This document shows, in pieces, positions 18,596 through 28,847 of a stretch of 57,495 nt of DNA. This DNA comes from an uncultured virus (IMG/VR IMGVR_UViG_3300032220_001739) (Duplodnaviria; Heunggongvirae; Uroviricota; Caudoviricetes). The first letter of the stretch is position 1. The number at the start of each line of letters is the position of its first letter. The position numbers and the translations under genes are program-made. Under the pieces are notes generated by a model. The model worked only from the letters and a program-made list of their open reading frames with translations. It was not told the DNA's origin and did not search any database. Location: the IMG/VR virus record IMGVR_UViG_3300032220_001739; one strand, written 5' to 3'.

Positions 18596-21500
18596 GTGAA
18601 GAAATTATTGATAATAACATCTCATCTGTCAACTGGTGGACTACCGCAAGTTGTGTGTAAGAAAATAGAACTTTTAAAAGACGAATTCGAGATAAAGTGC
18701 ATAGAATGGGATTTCCTATCTCCTGATTATGTGGTGCAAAGAAATCTTATAATTGAGTACCTAGGGGATTCCTTAGTCACTGCATCCGGTGATAAGAAGG
18801 ATTTTCTTTCCAATATATTGAACGAATACTCCCCTGATATTGTTTCTCTGGAGGAATTCCCTGAGCTTTTCATGGACGACGATTGTACATCGGTAATCTA
18901 TTCTGAGAACAGAACTTGGTCGATCACAGAAACAACCCACACTTCAACTTTCCCTACTGTTTCAAAAAGATGGCTTCCTGATAGATTCGTTTTCGTGTCA
19001 GAATTTACTAGAAGAAACTATGAGCACTTAGGAATACCTATCGATCTTATAGAATACCCTGTCGATAAAAAAGAAAGGGACCAGCACAAAGCTCAGTTGG
19101 ATCTTTCTCTAGATCCAGATTACAAACACGTTGTAATAGTTGGACTGTTTACTAGAAATAAAAATCAGGGATATGCATTCGATATAGCTAGGAAGCTAAG
19201 CGAAGAAAGGGTAAGATTTCACTTCTTAGGGAACCAAGCGGGAAATTTTGAGGAATATTGGGGACCTCTTATGCAGAACAAGCCTGACAATTGTGTGGTT
19301 TGGGGTGAAAGATCTGACGTTGATACATTTTTAAGGGCTGCCGATATTTTTCTATTCCCATCAATATTGGAATTAAATCCCCTTTGCGTGAAGGAAGCTA
19401 TGGAATATTCTCTTCCTATAATGCTCTTTCAACTTGACACATATTGCGGTAAATATAAAGGACTCGATAATGTGTACGACCTGACTGGTAACCCTTCTAA
19501 GGATGCATCTTTACTGATGACCATCCTCTCGAATAATCAATCTGAAGCGAAAAAACAGGTATTACCATTATTAAATGATCCTGCTATAAAAATGGTTCAC
19601 TTGCTTTTGAATCCTGATTACCAAGCAGATATACCCGATGAATCTTGGGGGTCTACAATCGATAAACAGAGAAGATCTATTGAGTATTTCAGAAAGATCT
19701 CGCATAAATTCTCTGCCCACTCGCAAATATTCTCGAATATAAATAGAACCGAGTTACCTGTTGAGTCGTGTGCTTCGCCCAGTAATCTGTATCATAATAA
19801 GGATCTTGAGGTTAAACCACACACTCTTTCATACGGCCACTATGGAGCATATGTTGCACATAAAAGAGGAATAACACAGGAGTTTACAGAAGAGTGTGAT
19901 TGCCTATTAGTTTTAGAAGCTGATGCTTATTCAAATCTAGATCCTATGGATTTCTATGAAAAGGTAATGGAAGCATATAGACTAGGGGTTGAAAGAAATG
20001 CTAGCATGGTTAGCTTAGCTGGTCCTTATTTTTTATCGGGTGAAGACTATTGGTCACAAATAGAAAATGTTGAAGGATATCCTGACTTTATAAAGGTACC
20101 TCATTTTCTGATGGGCACTGCTTATCTTGTATTCAAAAAAGAGAGAAATTCAATAATAGAAAAATTTGAAACGAGAGGCTGGCAATCCCCTGATATATGG
20201 TTAGCATGGAATCACAATAAGCAGGGTGACGTTTTCTGTTCAAGAGAATATTTTGCTTATCAGGTTTCTGGATACTCACTATTGGACTTTCACGAAAAAG
20301 ACGATCAGCCAGCTTACATCCCTGCTAAAAAAAAACATTTGAGCGAGAAGCAATCTAGATCTCGTATTGGTGTTTTAGTGGTGAATCTTAACAATCTTGG
20401 TTTTACAAAGAATTGCATAAATGATCTTTTAGAACAGGACATTGACTTTGACCTGTGCTTGATCGACCAAAATAGTTCAGAACCTGGAACTAGAGAATAT
20501 CTGGAGGAGATTGGTAAAATGCAGGATTCCCGTATTAAGAATATTGATATAATATTGAACAATAGCAACGAGCCACTGAATCATCTCTGGAATAATTTTG
20601 TAGAAAAATATGATAACGATTTTCTTTGTATATTAAACAATGACGTTAGGATATCTCCGAATTTTCTTTCTAGCGCTCTAGATGTATTTGAAAGAGAACC
20701 TGGTGTTGGTTTTGTTAACCATGCTACTAATAGCTCGAATCTTACAGAATGGTCATACGATCTGAATTATAGTATAATAGATTCACCATATAGGCAGGGG
20801 TGGGATTTTATATTCAGAAGAGAAGCATATAGTAGAATACCTGACACTTTAAAATTCTTCTATGGTGATGATTACATATATTCCAAGTTATATTCAGCAG
20901 GAATGAAAGGAGCTTATGTTTTAAATTCTCCTATGATTCATTACGAGAGAAGTACTACTGTGGAAAAAGGTGGGCAAAGAGATGCTTCTCCTGATGGTGA
21001 TTCTTTTCACAGATTGGATCTAGAATATAAGGGTCTAAGTTTTGTGGATGAATTTAGCAAATGGAAACCTGAGTTTAACCAAATTAGTGAAAAAAAATTA
21101 ATTTCGCAAGAACCAGAAATTAATTCTGATAAGATAGACCTTTCTATTCTAATATGTTCTCTTTTGGAAAGAAGAAACTCATTTCTCAACGATCTTCTTG
21201 ATAATCTCGAAAGACAAGTCGGTGACAGAAAAAATGTTGAAATTATAGTACTCTCAGATAACGCTAGGAGGAAAATAGGTGGAAAAAGAAACGATGCTAT
21301 TAGTATAGCAAGGGGTGAGTATATTTGTTTTATAGACGATGATGATAAAATATCTGAGGATTACGTGGACCTAATACTTAAGGAAATAAAAGAATGGAAA
21401 CCTGATGTTGTAGTTTTTGATGCAATAATCACTAATAATGGTCAAAATCCAAAGCTAGTTAAGTATGGAAGAGAATTTGACCATTGTGAAAAAGAAGAAG

Positions 21501-21694
21501 CTTATTACAGAAGGCCTAATCATTTAATGGTTCATAGAAAATCTAACATCAAAGAGTATTTCATGGATGTTAAAACAGGAGAAGATGACGAATGGGCTTC
21601 AAGAATGTTGGACAGAATAGTCACACAACAGAGAATAGAAAAGGTGCTCTATTTTTATGACTACAGAACTACAACTAAGAAATATTTTAGCTAA
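18596..21694 (+). CDS. multidomain glycosyltransferase (GT4/GT-B + GT25-like + two GT2/GT-A domains)
   Basis: GT4 motifs: HLSTGG, VGLFTRNKNQ, FLFPSILELNPLCVKEAM. Middle domain: GHYGAYVAH...LVLEADA. First GT2: LIDQNS...ILNND...YGDD. Second GT2: IGGKRN...ARGEYICFIDDDD...GED. GTG start. Confidence 0.85.
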   Translation: MKKLLIITSHLSTGGLPQVVCKKIELLKDEFEIKCIEWDFLSPDYVVQRNLIIEYLGDSLVTASGDKKDFLSNILNEYSPDIVSLEEFPELFMDDDCTSVIYSENRTWSITETTHTSTFPTVSKRWLPDRFVFVSEFTRRNYEHLGIPIDLIEYPVDKKERDQHKAQLDLSLDPDYKHVVIVGLFTRNKNQGYAFDIARKLSEERVRFHFLGNQAGNFEEYWGPLMQNKPDNCVVWGERSDVDTFLRAADIFLFPSILELNPLCVKEAMEYSLPIMLFQLDTYCGKYKGLDNVYDLTGNPSKDASLLMTILSNNQSEAKKQVLPLLNDPAIKMVHLLLNPDYQADIPDESWGSTIDKQRRSIEYFRKISHKFSAHSQIFSNINRTELPVESCASPSNLYHNKDLEVKPHTLSYGHYGAYVAHKRGITQEFTEECDCLLVLEADAYSNLDPMDFYEKVMEAYRLGVERNASMVSLAGPYFLSGEDYWSQIENVEGYPDFIKVPHFLMGTAYLVFKKERNSIIEKFETRGWQSPDIWLAWNHNKQGDVFCSREYFAYQVSGYSLLDFHEKDDQPAYIPAKKKHLSEKQSRSRIGVLVVNLNNLGFTKNCINDLLEQDIDFDLCLIDQNSSEPGTREYLEEIGKMQDSRIKNIDIILNNSNEPLNHLWNNFVEKYDNDFLCILNNDVRISPNFLSSALDVFEREPGVGFVNHATNSSNLTEWSYDLNYSIIDSPYRQGWDFIFRREAYSRIPDTLKFFYGDDYIYSKLYSAGMKGAYVLNSPMIHYERSTTVEKGGQRDASPDGDSFHRLDLEYKGLSFVDEFSKWKPEFNQISEKKLISQEPEINSDKIDLSILICSLLERRNSFLNDLLDNLERQVGDRKNVEIIVLSDNARRKIGGKRNDAISIARGEYICFIDDDDKISEDYVDLILKEIKEWKPDVVVFDAIITNNGQNPKLVKYGREFDHCEKEEAYYRRPNHLMVHRKSNIKEYFMDVKTGEDDEWASRMLDRIVTQQRIEKVLYFYDYRTTTKKYFS

Positions 21695-23283
21695 TGAATA
21701 GGTCAGAGATAATTAATTATCTTATATCAGTAAACGGGTATAAGTCTTTTCTAGAAATAGGTGTACAGGAGAAAATTAATTTTGGATCCATTCAGATTGA
21801 TAAAAAAGTATGCGTTGATCCTGATGCATCCAGAGGGGCTGATTTTATAATGACCTCGGATGAATTTTTCAAAAGAAACAGGGATAAATTCGACATTATT
21901 TTTGTAGACGGGCTACATCATGCTGATTTTTGTTATAGGGATGTAATAAATTCTCTAAAAATATTGAATATAGGTGGATGTGTAGTAGTGCATGATGTTA
22001 TTCCCTATACATACGAATCCCAATTGATACCGTTTGATAAATCCTACTCATCAGGATCCGATGCTTGGAACGGTGACGTATGGAAAGCATGGATAAGATT
22101 AAGGGAGGAGAGAAAAGATCTTTTGATGCATTGTGTTGATGACGACTGGGGGTGTGGAATCATTAGTTTTTCTAATAGTCCATGTAATATGGATATAGAT
22201 GTTTTCAATGGCGGGTATTATGTGTATGACAAAGATTTAATATTGGAAAATTCAAACGTTATCTCTGTAGATCAATTCAAAGAAATATACTCCGAAAGGA
22301 TTATGAAAGCTGTTGATTCTCAGAAGAAAAGATGCTTCATAACACACACGGATAAAAACTACATACCTGTAGCTATCAATTTGGTCAAATCGCTATCAAT
22401 ATTTTCAGAGATTAAGATAATTGTTTATTGTGTAAATTGTACATCTGAAGAAACTCAGCCACTTCTTGAATTTGAAAATGCAATTGTTAGGGACATAAGA
22501 ATAGAAGATCTTATAGAATCCCATAATATAAACTTTGGTGATAATGGTAATTTCTACGTCGAGAGAGCAAACAAGAGGACATATCAAATACTATGTGCTA
22601 AAGTAAAGGCTATGCAATCCGCTTTATCTGAAGGATGGACAGAGATTTGCTATCTCGATTCTGATTGTCTCGCAACACCTATAATTAACGAGATATTTAA
22701 CTGGGGAGATTCTATTACCGATTATCCTTTGGGCACAGAGGGAATACACAATTATATGTTGATAATAAAAGACGGTAAGCAAATAGGTAATCCCTTTGAG
22801 AATTCTTGGCCTGAACCGGATAATAAACTGTGTTTAGAATGGCCACTTATGGAAATGCTGGGTGTTGGAACTGGAGATAGAGGAACATATAGAACAACCG
22901 GGATTATGTTAATGAATAGTAATTGTATCAATTTTGTTAATCAATGGAACGATGTGTGTGATCTCATCGGAAGAAATTATAACGATCCTTCCAATATAGC
23001 TCCTTTTCACGAGGAGACTGTATTCAATGTCTTACTTTGGAAGAAGGGTAATAACGGTTTGCCTCTTTGCTACATTAATATAGCCGAAGGTGTTAAAACT
23101 GTTAAGGATTTCTATAGCGATTCGGTATCTGCTGGTACAAGATCTTGGGATGAAGAGGAACACGATAAGAGATTTTTTGCTATACCGAATGACAAAAGCC
23201 ACGTAAAAGTTCTTCATGGAGAGAAAAGGAAGGATGAGGCCAATTTAATAATAGATTTTTTATCCAGTAAGAATGAGAAATAG
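21694..23283 (+). CDS. class I SAM methyltransferase (Methyltransf_24-like) fused to a GT-A glycosyltransferase-like domain
   Basis: Methyltransferase motifs FLEIGV, VCVDP, FDIIFVDGLH and GGCVVVHD. The C-terminal half has a DxD motif (YLDSD), plus TTGIML and EETVFN. Confidence 0.8.
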   Translation: MNRSEIINYLISVNGYKSFLEIGVQEKINFGSIQIDKKVCVDPDASRGADFIMTSDEFFKRNRDKFDIIFVDGLHHADFCYRDVINSLKILNIGGCVVVHDVIPYTYESQLIPFDKSYSSGSDAWNGDVWKAWIRLREERKDLLMHCVDDDWGCGIISFSNSPCNMDIDVFNGGYYVYDKDLILENSNVISVDQFKEIYSERIMKAVDSQKKRCFITHTDKNYIPVAINLVKSLSIFSEIKIIVYCVNCTSEETQPLLEFENAIVRDIRIEDLIESHNINFGDNGNFYVERANKRTYQILCAKVKAMQSALSEGWTEICYLDSDCLATPIINEIFNWGDSITDYPLGTEGIHNYMLIIKDGKQIGNPFENSWPEPDNKLCLEWPLMEMLGVGTGDRGTYRTTGIMLMNSNCINFVNQWNDVCDLIGRNYNDPSNIAPFHEETVFNVLLWKKGNNGLPLCYINIAEGVKTVKDFYSDSVSAGTRSWDEEEHDKRFFAIPNDKSHVKVLHGEKRKDEANLIIDFLSSKNEK

Positions 23284-24016
23284 TGTTTCGCTTTTAGTAC
23301 ACACCTGTGATGCTTATATGAAATTCTGGGGTGGTATGTTATACACTCTTGATTTTTATTGGGACTATGACAGGATCCCTGTTTACTTTTCCTCTGAGGA
23401 TGTAAGCGTGGATTCGGTTAAATTTGATTGTAAGGGGATAGAATATCACATTGACGAAAGGATCAATACGATACTAACAGGTGCTGGGGAATTCTCTGAT
23501 AGATTCATCAAATCTCTAGAGAACATAGATACAAAATGGGTTATTTATATTCAGGAGGATATGTGGTTAAGAGGACATCTTAGTCCTGACCTAGTGGATC
23601 TTCTCATAGATGAGGCTGAAAAAGACGGTGCCGATGCGGTCAAAATACACGCAGCCCTTTATTATTATAATGGATATCGTTTAGAAAAAACTGGTAAGTA
23701 TATCCAGGATAAACAAATTTTGAAATATTCGCAGGGAGACAATTTTCTATTAACCCATAATGCTACGATATGGAATAGGGAATACCTATTAAAATACCAG
23801 TTAAAGGGTGAGGACCCCTGGTCTAATGAGATTAATGGAAGTTCTAGAATGTCAAGTGAGCCTCACAATCACCTACACTATAATATAAATTGGTATTGCC
23901 AGCCAGGATTGGCTGATAAAGGTGGGTACTCTAGTGAATTTCATGTTTATGCACATATAGTTGATCATATGAAATATGTGGATCTTAAATTTGGAAGAGA
24001 TGAAATTTTAGGATGA
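23273..24016 (+). CDS. putative GT-A fold glycosyltransferase
   Basis: LLVHTCDAY, FSDR and YIQEDMWL resemble phage GT-A-like proteins, and the gene sits inside the GT cluster. Confidence 0.55.
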   Translation: MRNSVSLLVHTCDAYMKFWGGMLYTLDFYWDYDRIPVYFSSEDVSVDSVKFDCKGIEYHIDERINTILTGAGEFSDRFIKSLENIDTKWVIYIQEDMWLRGHLSPDLVDLLIDEAEKDGADAVKIHAALYYYNGYRLEKTGKYIQDKQILKYSQGDNFLLTHNATIWNREYLLKYQLKGEDPWSNEINGSSRMSSEPHNHLHYNINWYCQPGLADKGGYSSEFHVYAHIVDHMKYVDLKFGRDEILG

Positions 24017-24041
24017 ACCCGAACTATTATTAGAAAAGAAT

Positions 24042-25220
24042 ATGGAAAGCAAATTAGTAAGAGAAAAATACATAGAATCCATAGGGAATGCTCTTTCTGG
24101 ACCTAGAATAGCTAGAAGATTCTCGAATAATTCTAAAAGCATTGCCTCTTTTACTCATAATTTTATAGATGGGCCTTTCTTTGAAATAAAAAATGGACAG
24201 GATGGTCAAAAATATAGAGTTGAGTTTAGGGATGGCAACGGACATCTACATTACACATCTGACCTTTCTAATAATATGTGGGCAAAGTCTTCTATAAAGT
24301 ATTACACAAAGTGGAATATAAAGGCAATAAGCGAGGGTAACTGCGTATATGATTACACTCTGGATTATACGAATAAAAGGGTGTACATATCTATAGAATC
24401 ATCCTCCATAGGGGATAATCTAGCCTGGATACCGTATATTGACGAGTTTAGAAAGAAGCACAATTGTCATGTAATAGTGTCAACTTTCCATAATTCTATA
24501 TTTGAAAGCAGTTATCAGGATCTTGAATTTATTAACCCTGGTGAAACTGCACATAATATAACTGGCCAATATACGATTGGGTGGTTTTATGATGAAACTA
24601 AAGAACCAGTTTTACCCAATACTGTGGCCCTTCAGAAAGCTGCAACCAATATATTGGGACTTGAATTTGAAGAGATTAGACCTAGACTTTCTTTTGATAG
24701 ATCCAATAGACCACATGACAAAAAATACGTAGTGATCTCAACTAGCTCCACGTCTGGTTGCAAGGAATGGGAACATGATAAATGGCAGGATCTTGTTAAT
24801 TTTTTGAAATCAAACGAATATGATGTTGCTGTGGTTCAAAAGGACGGGACTAGTCTAGACGGAGTAATAGATTGGACTGGACCTGATCCTTTAGAAAAAA
24901 GGATGAATCAGATATACCATGCTGATTTTTTCATAGGACTTGGTTCTGGTGTGAGCTGGCTTTCGTGGGCAGTTGGAACACATGTGGTTATGCTCGCTAA
25001 TTTTTCCGAGGATGGCCACGAGTTTACGGGTAACACCACACGTATAACAAATAAGAGTGTTTGTAATTCGTGCTGGAATAACAAGAATTTTAAATTTGAT
25101 AAGGGTGATTGGTACTGGTGCCCGATAAACAAAGGTACTGATAAACAATTTGAATGTCATAAGTCAATATCTGTAGATATGGTGACAAGTATAATTAAAG
25201 AAAAAGGATTAATAAAATGA
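24042..25220 (+). CDS. Aah/TibC-family (autotransporter O-heptosyltransferase-like) GT-B protein glycosyltransferase
   Basis: N-terminal beta domain, SSIGDNLAWIPY (catalytic Asp region), FFIGLGSGVSWLSWAVG, and the four-Cys iron finger VCNSCWN...WCP...FECHKSI that marks this family. Confidence 0.85.
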   Translation: MESKLVREKYIESIGNALSGPRIARRFSNNSKSIASFTHNFIDGPFFEIKNGQDGQKYRVEFRDGNGHLHYTSDLSNNMWAKSSIKYYTKWNIKAISEGNCVYDYTLDYTNKRVYISIESSSIGDNLAWIPYIDEFRKKHNCHVIVSTFHNSIFESSYQDLEFINPGETAHNITGQYTIGWFYDETKEPVLPNTVALQKAATNILGLEFEEIRPRLSFDRSNRPHDKKYVVISTSSTSGCKEWEHDKWQDLVNFLKSNEYDVAVVQKDGTSLDGVIDWTGPDPLEKRMNQIYHADFFIGLGSGVSWLSWAVGTHVVMLANFSEDGHEFTGNTTRITNKSVCNSCWNNKNFKFDKGDWYWCPINKGTDKQFECHKSISVDMVTSIIKEKGLIK

Positions 25221-25486
25221 AAAATGTAAATTTACCAGAGGAGATTCTATTAGAAATTCAGGATCTATTATCTAGGATTAACTATTCTAAAATGGATCTA
25301 GGTGAAGCTCATCTAGCGGTTTCTAATTTCGAGAAAGAATTGGAAAATTTAAAATCGGAAAGAGAAAAAAAGATAGCTATCTGCGTAGATCTAGAGCAAG
25401 AGAAGACTAGGTTAGTGATGAGAATAGTTGAGACCTATGGGGAAGGTGATCTAGATCTTAATAGTGGCAAATATTTCATAAAGTAA
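25217..25486 (+). CDS. small coiled-coil hypothetical protein
   Basis: 89 aa, heptad-rich, ending YGEGDLDLNSGKY. The start overlaps the upstream stop codon. Confidence 0.65.
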   Translation: MKNVNLPEEILLEIQDLLSRINYSKMDLGEAHLAVSNFEKELENLKSEREKKIAICVDLEQEKTRLVMRIVETYGEGDLDLNSGKYFIK

Positions 25487-25505
25487 ATCGGCAACTCTGG
25501 AGGGT

Positions 25506-25514
25506 GATATATAG
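25506..25514 (+). promoter_or_regulatory. putative late promoter GATATATAG (neck-terminase operon)
   Basis: The motif recurs in intergenic gaps before structural genes and resembles the T4 late box TATAAATA. Confidence 0.6.
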
Positions 25515-25544
25515 AGAAATCACTATAAAATAAGACCAGAGTCA

Positions 25545-28052
25545 ATGAGTTTCAATCCGGAGGATAGGCTACCCAAGCCAGTTAATAAAGTTCTGAATAC
25601 TAATGGTGAGCAATACGACCTCACCAATCCAAGGTTCACAACTGCTGATGGGCTTGAGAATACTGCGAAGATCCCGTTCTCCTCAACGGATGACTATTTT
25701 TCTACACAGGAGGCTGCTGAAGCTAGAGCCCAACAGATAGGATGTGGCGGATACCATACAGTCATTGTGGAGGGTAAGCTTTATTACAGACCCTGCGAAA
25801 CCGCTAATTACTATTCTATCAGAAAGCAGCAGTTAGACTCTGCTCTTAACTTTCAATATATCGGGAATTATCGTGTCTTAACATGGGACACGCCTTTCAT
25901 TGGTGTTAGTAGATATAAGGGATGGATAATAGATGCTTCATATAGCAATAATTCAGGTCCTAGTATAAATCCTAATGATGTCCTTGTTGAGTTTAGATAT
26001 TCTATAGATGGTGAATCTTGGTCACTATGGTCAACGGTAGGGACTGCTATGAATAACTTCTCCAATACGGAGGCTGCTATTTTCGTAATAGACTTGGATC
26101 CTGCTGATAAATTCTACCCAGAGTTTAGGTTTACTTCCGTACTAATCAATCCAGATGGGACATTGGGATATGAAACTAACGAACCTGTAGACCCTAATGT
26201 AACTATAGTCGATTTCCAGCTTGATCTAGAGTATGATCTGGTTTACTTGTCTAACGCATCGTTAGATAATAGAGTTATAGCTCCTGGACTGAGATGCTCT
26301 AATGAGTATACAAATAGACCCGTAGTATTTGACGATTGTAGATTTACATTCAATCCTTATGCTGTTAACAGAGCTCTTAATCTTTATCAGGATTTGAGTA
26401 AAATAGTAAATAAGGTATTTGGCCTCGACGTTAATTATTATTCCGTTCAGCCTCAGGCTAGAGGGAAGGATGTGATATTAAAAGAATACACGCTATTTAA
26501 CGTTGTCGATGAGAAGTGTATAAAAGTTCTAGTTAATCAGAACCAATTCCCCGACAATAAAATTAACTATGATCCATTTGGTCTACAGTTCGATGAGCCT
26601 TTTGAGATTCAAATAGATCGGAGATATTTTGAGGGCATATTTGGAAATGGATCGCAACCTAGAAAAAGGGACATAATCTATTTCCCGATAACCAATAGAA
26701 TCTATGAGATAAACTCTACTTATCTTTTCAGAGATTTCATGAACGCTCCTGTTTATTATAAGATTGAGCTGAAGAAATACCAGCCAAAGAGCAACACATA
26801 TTTCCAAGATCCAGCATACAAAGAGGAATTAGATGGCATTTCACTCACAACACAGGAATTATTCGGTGCTGAAGTAACTAGTGAGGAAGAAAAAGTAACA
26901 AAGAGACAACAATACAACGAGACAACATATGTTAGATCACAGGACCCTATTAGATCCTATATCTATTACAATTTGGCTATTATTGGATATGATCTCAATA
27001 ATAACTGGACGATAGTTCTTAACAACTATTATGATCTTGAATCCTCATTTGTTGACAATTCAGAATTTACATCCGATCCATTCAAATACAGGAATGCCAT
27101 AAGATATAAGGATCTTCCTAAGCTTGGACTTAAGGAAGAATTATCTCTGACATCTTGGTGGAATCTAAGAAATGCTTACGATGATACGAAGCTTAGAAAG
27201 ATAGGATTCCCTGTTATAAACGTAAATGTTTCTTCATATACTGAATCGTATGTTGTTTACTCTACCTATCCGGTAAAGCACAATCTTACAGCATGGAATA
27301 GCTACGCAGATAATCCTAATGGATATGTTGCAATACAGGGAGATGCTTCCCACAGTGGAGGATATTTAGTAAGAAGTGTAATAGATGAATACACATTCAC
27401 CACAATAAATCAGAGCGTTGAATTCGACCCTGGTGTTACAGTATGGAGAATGCAAAAGGCCCAATCCCGTAACTTCCTTAGTGGACTTTATATAGAGGGA
27501 TTAGAATACAGGGGATTCAGATTTGATATGATCCATTCTGGTTCTATAGAGCAAGATGCTACAAACTATATCCAGCAGGGAAGCTTTTATTTGAGGCTTA
27601 ATAATGACATAGAAATTAACTCACCACTTCAGTTCACTGCTAAACACGGCGAATGGTATGCTATTGTAGTAAACGTTTCAAATAAGTATAAGCAGATTTC
27701 AATAAATGCTTGGCAGTTATCCTACGATCCCGTTAATCCTCAAGCGCAGTCTAGTGAATTGATTAAGGTGCACGAGTACGTTCAAAGCTTGGATTTACCT
27801 GTTCTATTCGATGCTCCTTCTGTTCCGGTGACCGATGTTAGCAGTCCTTTTTATGGAACAGATCAGAATTCTTATAAGGTATTTACTTCCCCTTTATATT
27901 TGTCCAATATAAGATTGTTCAAGAATATGATAGATATAGATAACCAATCAACCGTCTTAAACCAAAATATTGTAAGGGACACACAACTTGCACACATTAT
28001 AGACAACGCTAAACCGCTTCTGAACGTTCCTAGATTTGTTCGTAGTCGTTAA
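25545..28052 (+). CDS. T4 gp14-like neck/head-closure protein with large N- and C-terminal extensions
   Basis: The central FGLQFDEPFEIQIDRRYF...PRKRDIIYFPITNRIYEI...YYKIEL segment matches the gp14 pattern FG...DE..F.I...F...P..GD.IYFP....FEI. Confidence 0.65.
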   Translation: MSFNPEDRLPKPVNKVLNTNGEQYDLTNPRFTTADGLENTAKIPFSSTDDYFSTQEAAEARAQQIGCGGYHTVIVEGKLYYRPCETANYYSIRKQQLDSALNFQYIGNYRVLTWDTPFIGVSRYKGWIIDASYSNNSGPSINPNDVLVEFRYSIDGESWSLWSTVGTAMNNFSNTEAAIFVIDLDPADKFYPEFRFTSVLINPDGTLGYETNEPVDPNVTIVDFQLDLEYDLVYLSNASLDNRVIAPGLRCSNEYTNRPVVFDDCRFTFNPYAVNRALNLYQDLSKIVNKVFGLDVNYYSVQPQARGKDVILKEYTLFNVVDEKCIKVLVNQNQFPDNKINYDPFGLQFDEPFEIQIDRRYFEGIFGNGSQPRKRDIIYFPITNRIYEINSTYLFRDFMNAPVYYKIELKKYQPKSNTYFQDPAYKEELDGISLTTQELFGAEVTSEEEKVTKRQQYNETTYVRSQDPIRSYIYYNLAIIGYDLNNNWTIVLNNYYDLESSFVDNSEFTSDPFKYRNAIRYKDLPKLGLKEELSLTSWWNLRNAYDDTKLRKIGFPVINVNVSSYTESYVVYSTYPVKHNLTAWNSYADNPNGYVAIQGDASHSGGYLVRSVIDEYTFTTINQSVEFDPGVTVWRMQKAQSRNFLSGLYIEGLEYRGFRFDMIHSGSIEQDATNYIQQGSFYLRLNNDIEINSPLQFTAKHGEWYAIVVNVSNKYKQISINAWQLSYDPVNPQAQSSELIKVHEYVQSLDLPVLFDAPSVPVTDVSSPFYGTDQNSYKVFTSPLYLSNIRLFKNMIDIDNQSTVLNQNIVRDTQLAHIIDNAKPLLNVPRFVRSR

Positions 28053-28062
28053 TTTTTTATTT

Positions 28063-28842
28063 ATGCCACGCAGAAAACCAAAGATGAACAAGGTCGTCGA
28101 GGAAAAAATCAAAGAAACCCTCGATTCGATAATACTCAATGAAAATTTAGATTCAGTAGAAACTGGAACTGGAGAATTACCGAGATTAAAAACAACGGTG
28201 CAGATGGATTTCGAGGAGGAAAAAATATCCGCTGCAAGGGATGCTAAGTCTTTGCTAGATTCTTTAGCTCTGTTCTATCTTGATGATTCTGGTGCAGATA
28301 GTAACCCTTATCTTGAATACCGTAAGAAAATAGATTCCATGAACATCTCATCTATGACGTTTCAGCTTAAGAGTGCACAGCATGCGATAACTAAGTTATT
28401 GGAAGAAATAGACATGGGAAATATGACACCTAGACTTTTCGAGGTTTTAGCTCAACTGCAGGGACAGGTTATTCAGATATCTAAGGATCATCAGGCTTAT
28501 TTGGATAAAATGGAAAAAAGCTACAAGGTGATGAAGGGGGACATGGACCAGAAGAATTACAACGGAGCTGTTAGAATAGGACCAGACGGGAATTACACAG
28601 AACCCGCGAAAGGATTAGGTGATGGTTCGGGGATTAAGGTACGGGGAACAAGAGGATTGATGGAGAATCTGAGAGATCTAATAGGTGCTGAAATAGTAGA
28701 CGTTAAACCAGAGGAGATCAAGCCAGGAGCTGTTGTTAATGCTAGGGATAAGATAAGGATGGACGCTGAAGAGAAAGGATACGAGGGTGAAATACCAGAG
28801 GGTGGGGACGATCTTCAGATAGAGGATGATCTTTTTAATTAA
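28063..28842 (+). CDS. putative terminase small subunit (T4 gp16-like)
   Basis: TPRLFEVLAQLQGQ resembles the gp16 PR..EV.A.L motif, and the gene lies directly upstream of TerL. I prefer the ATG at 28063 over the TTG at 28036. Confidence 0.55.
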   Translation: MPRRKPKMNKVVEEKIKETLDSIILNENLDSVETGTGELPRLKTTVQMDFEEEKISAARDAKSLLDSLALFYLDDSGADSNPYLEYRKKIDSMNISSMTFQLKSAQHAITKLLEEIDMGNMTPRLFEVLAQLQGQVIQISKDHQAYLDKMEKSYKVMKGDMDQKNYNGAVRIGPDGNYTEPAKGLGDGSGIKVRGTRGLMENLRDLIGAEIVDVKPEEIKPGAVVNARDKIRMDAEEKGYEGEIPEGGDDLQIEDDLFN

Positions 28843-28847
28843 TTTTT

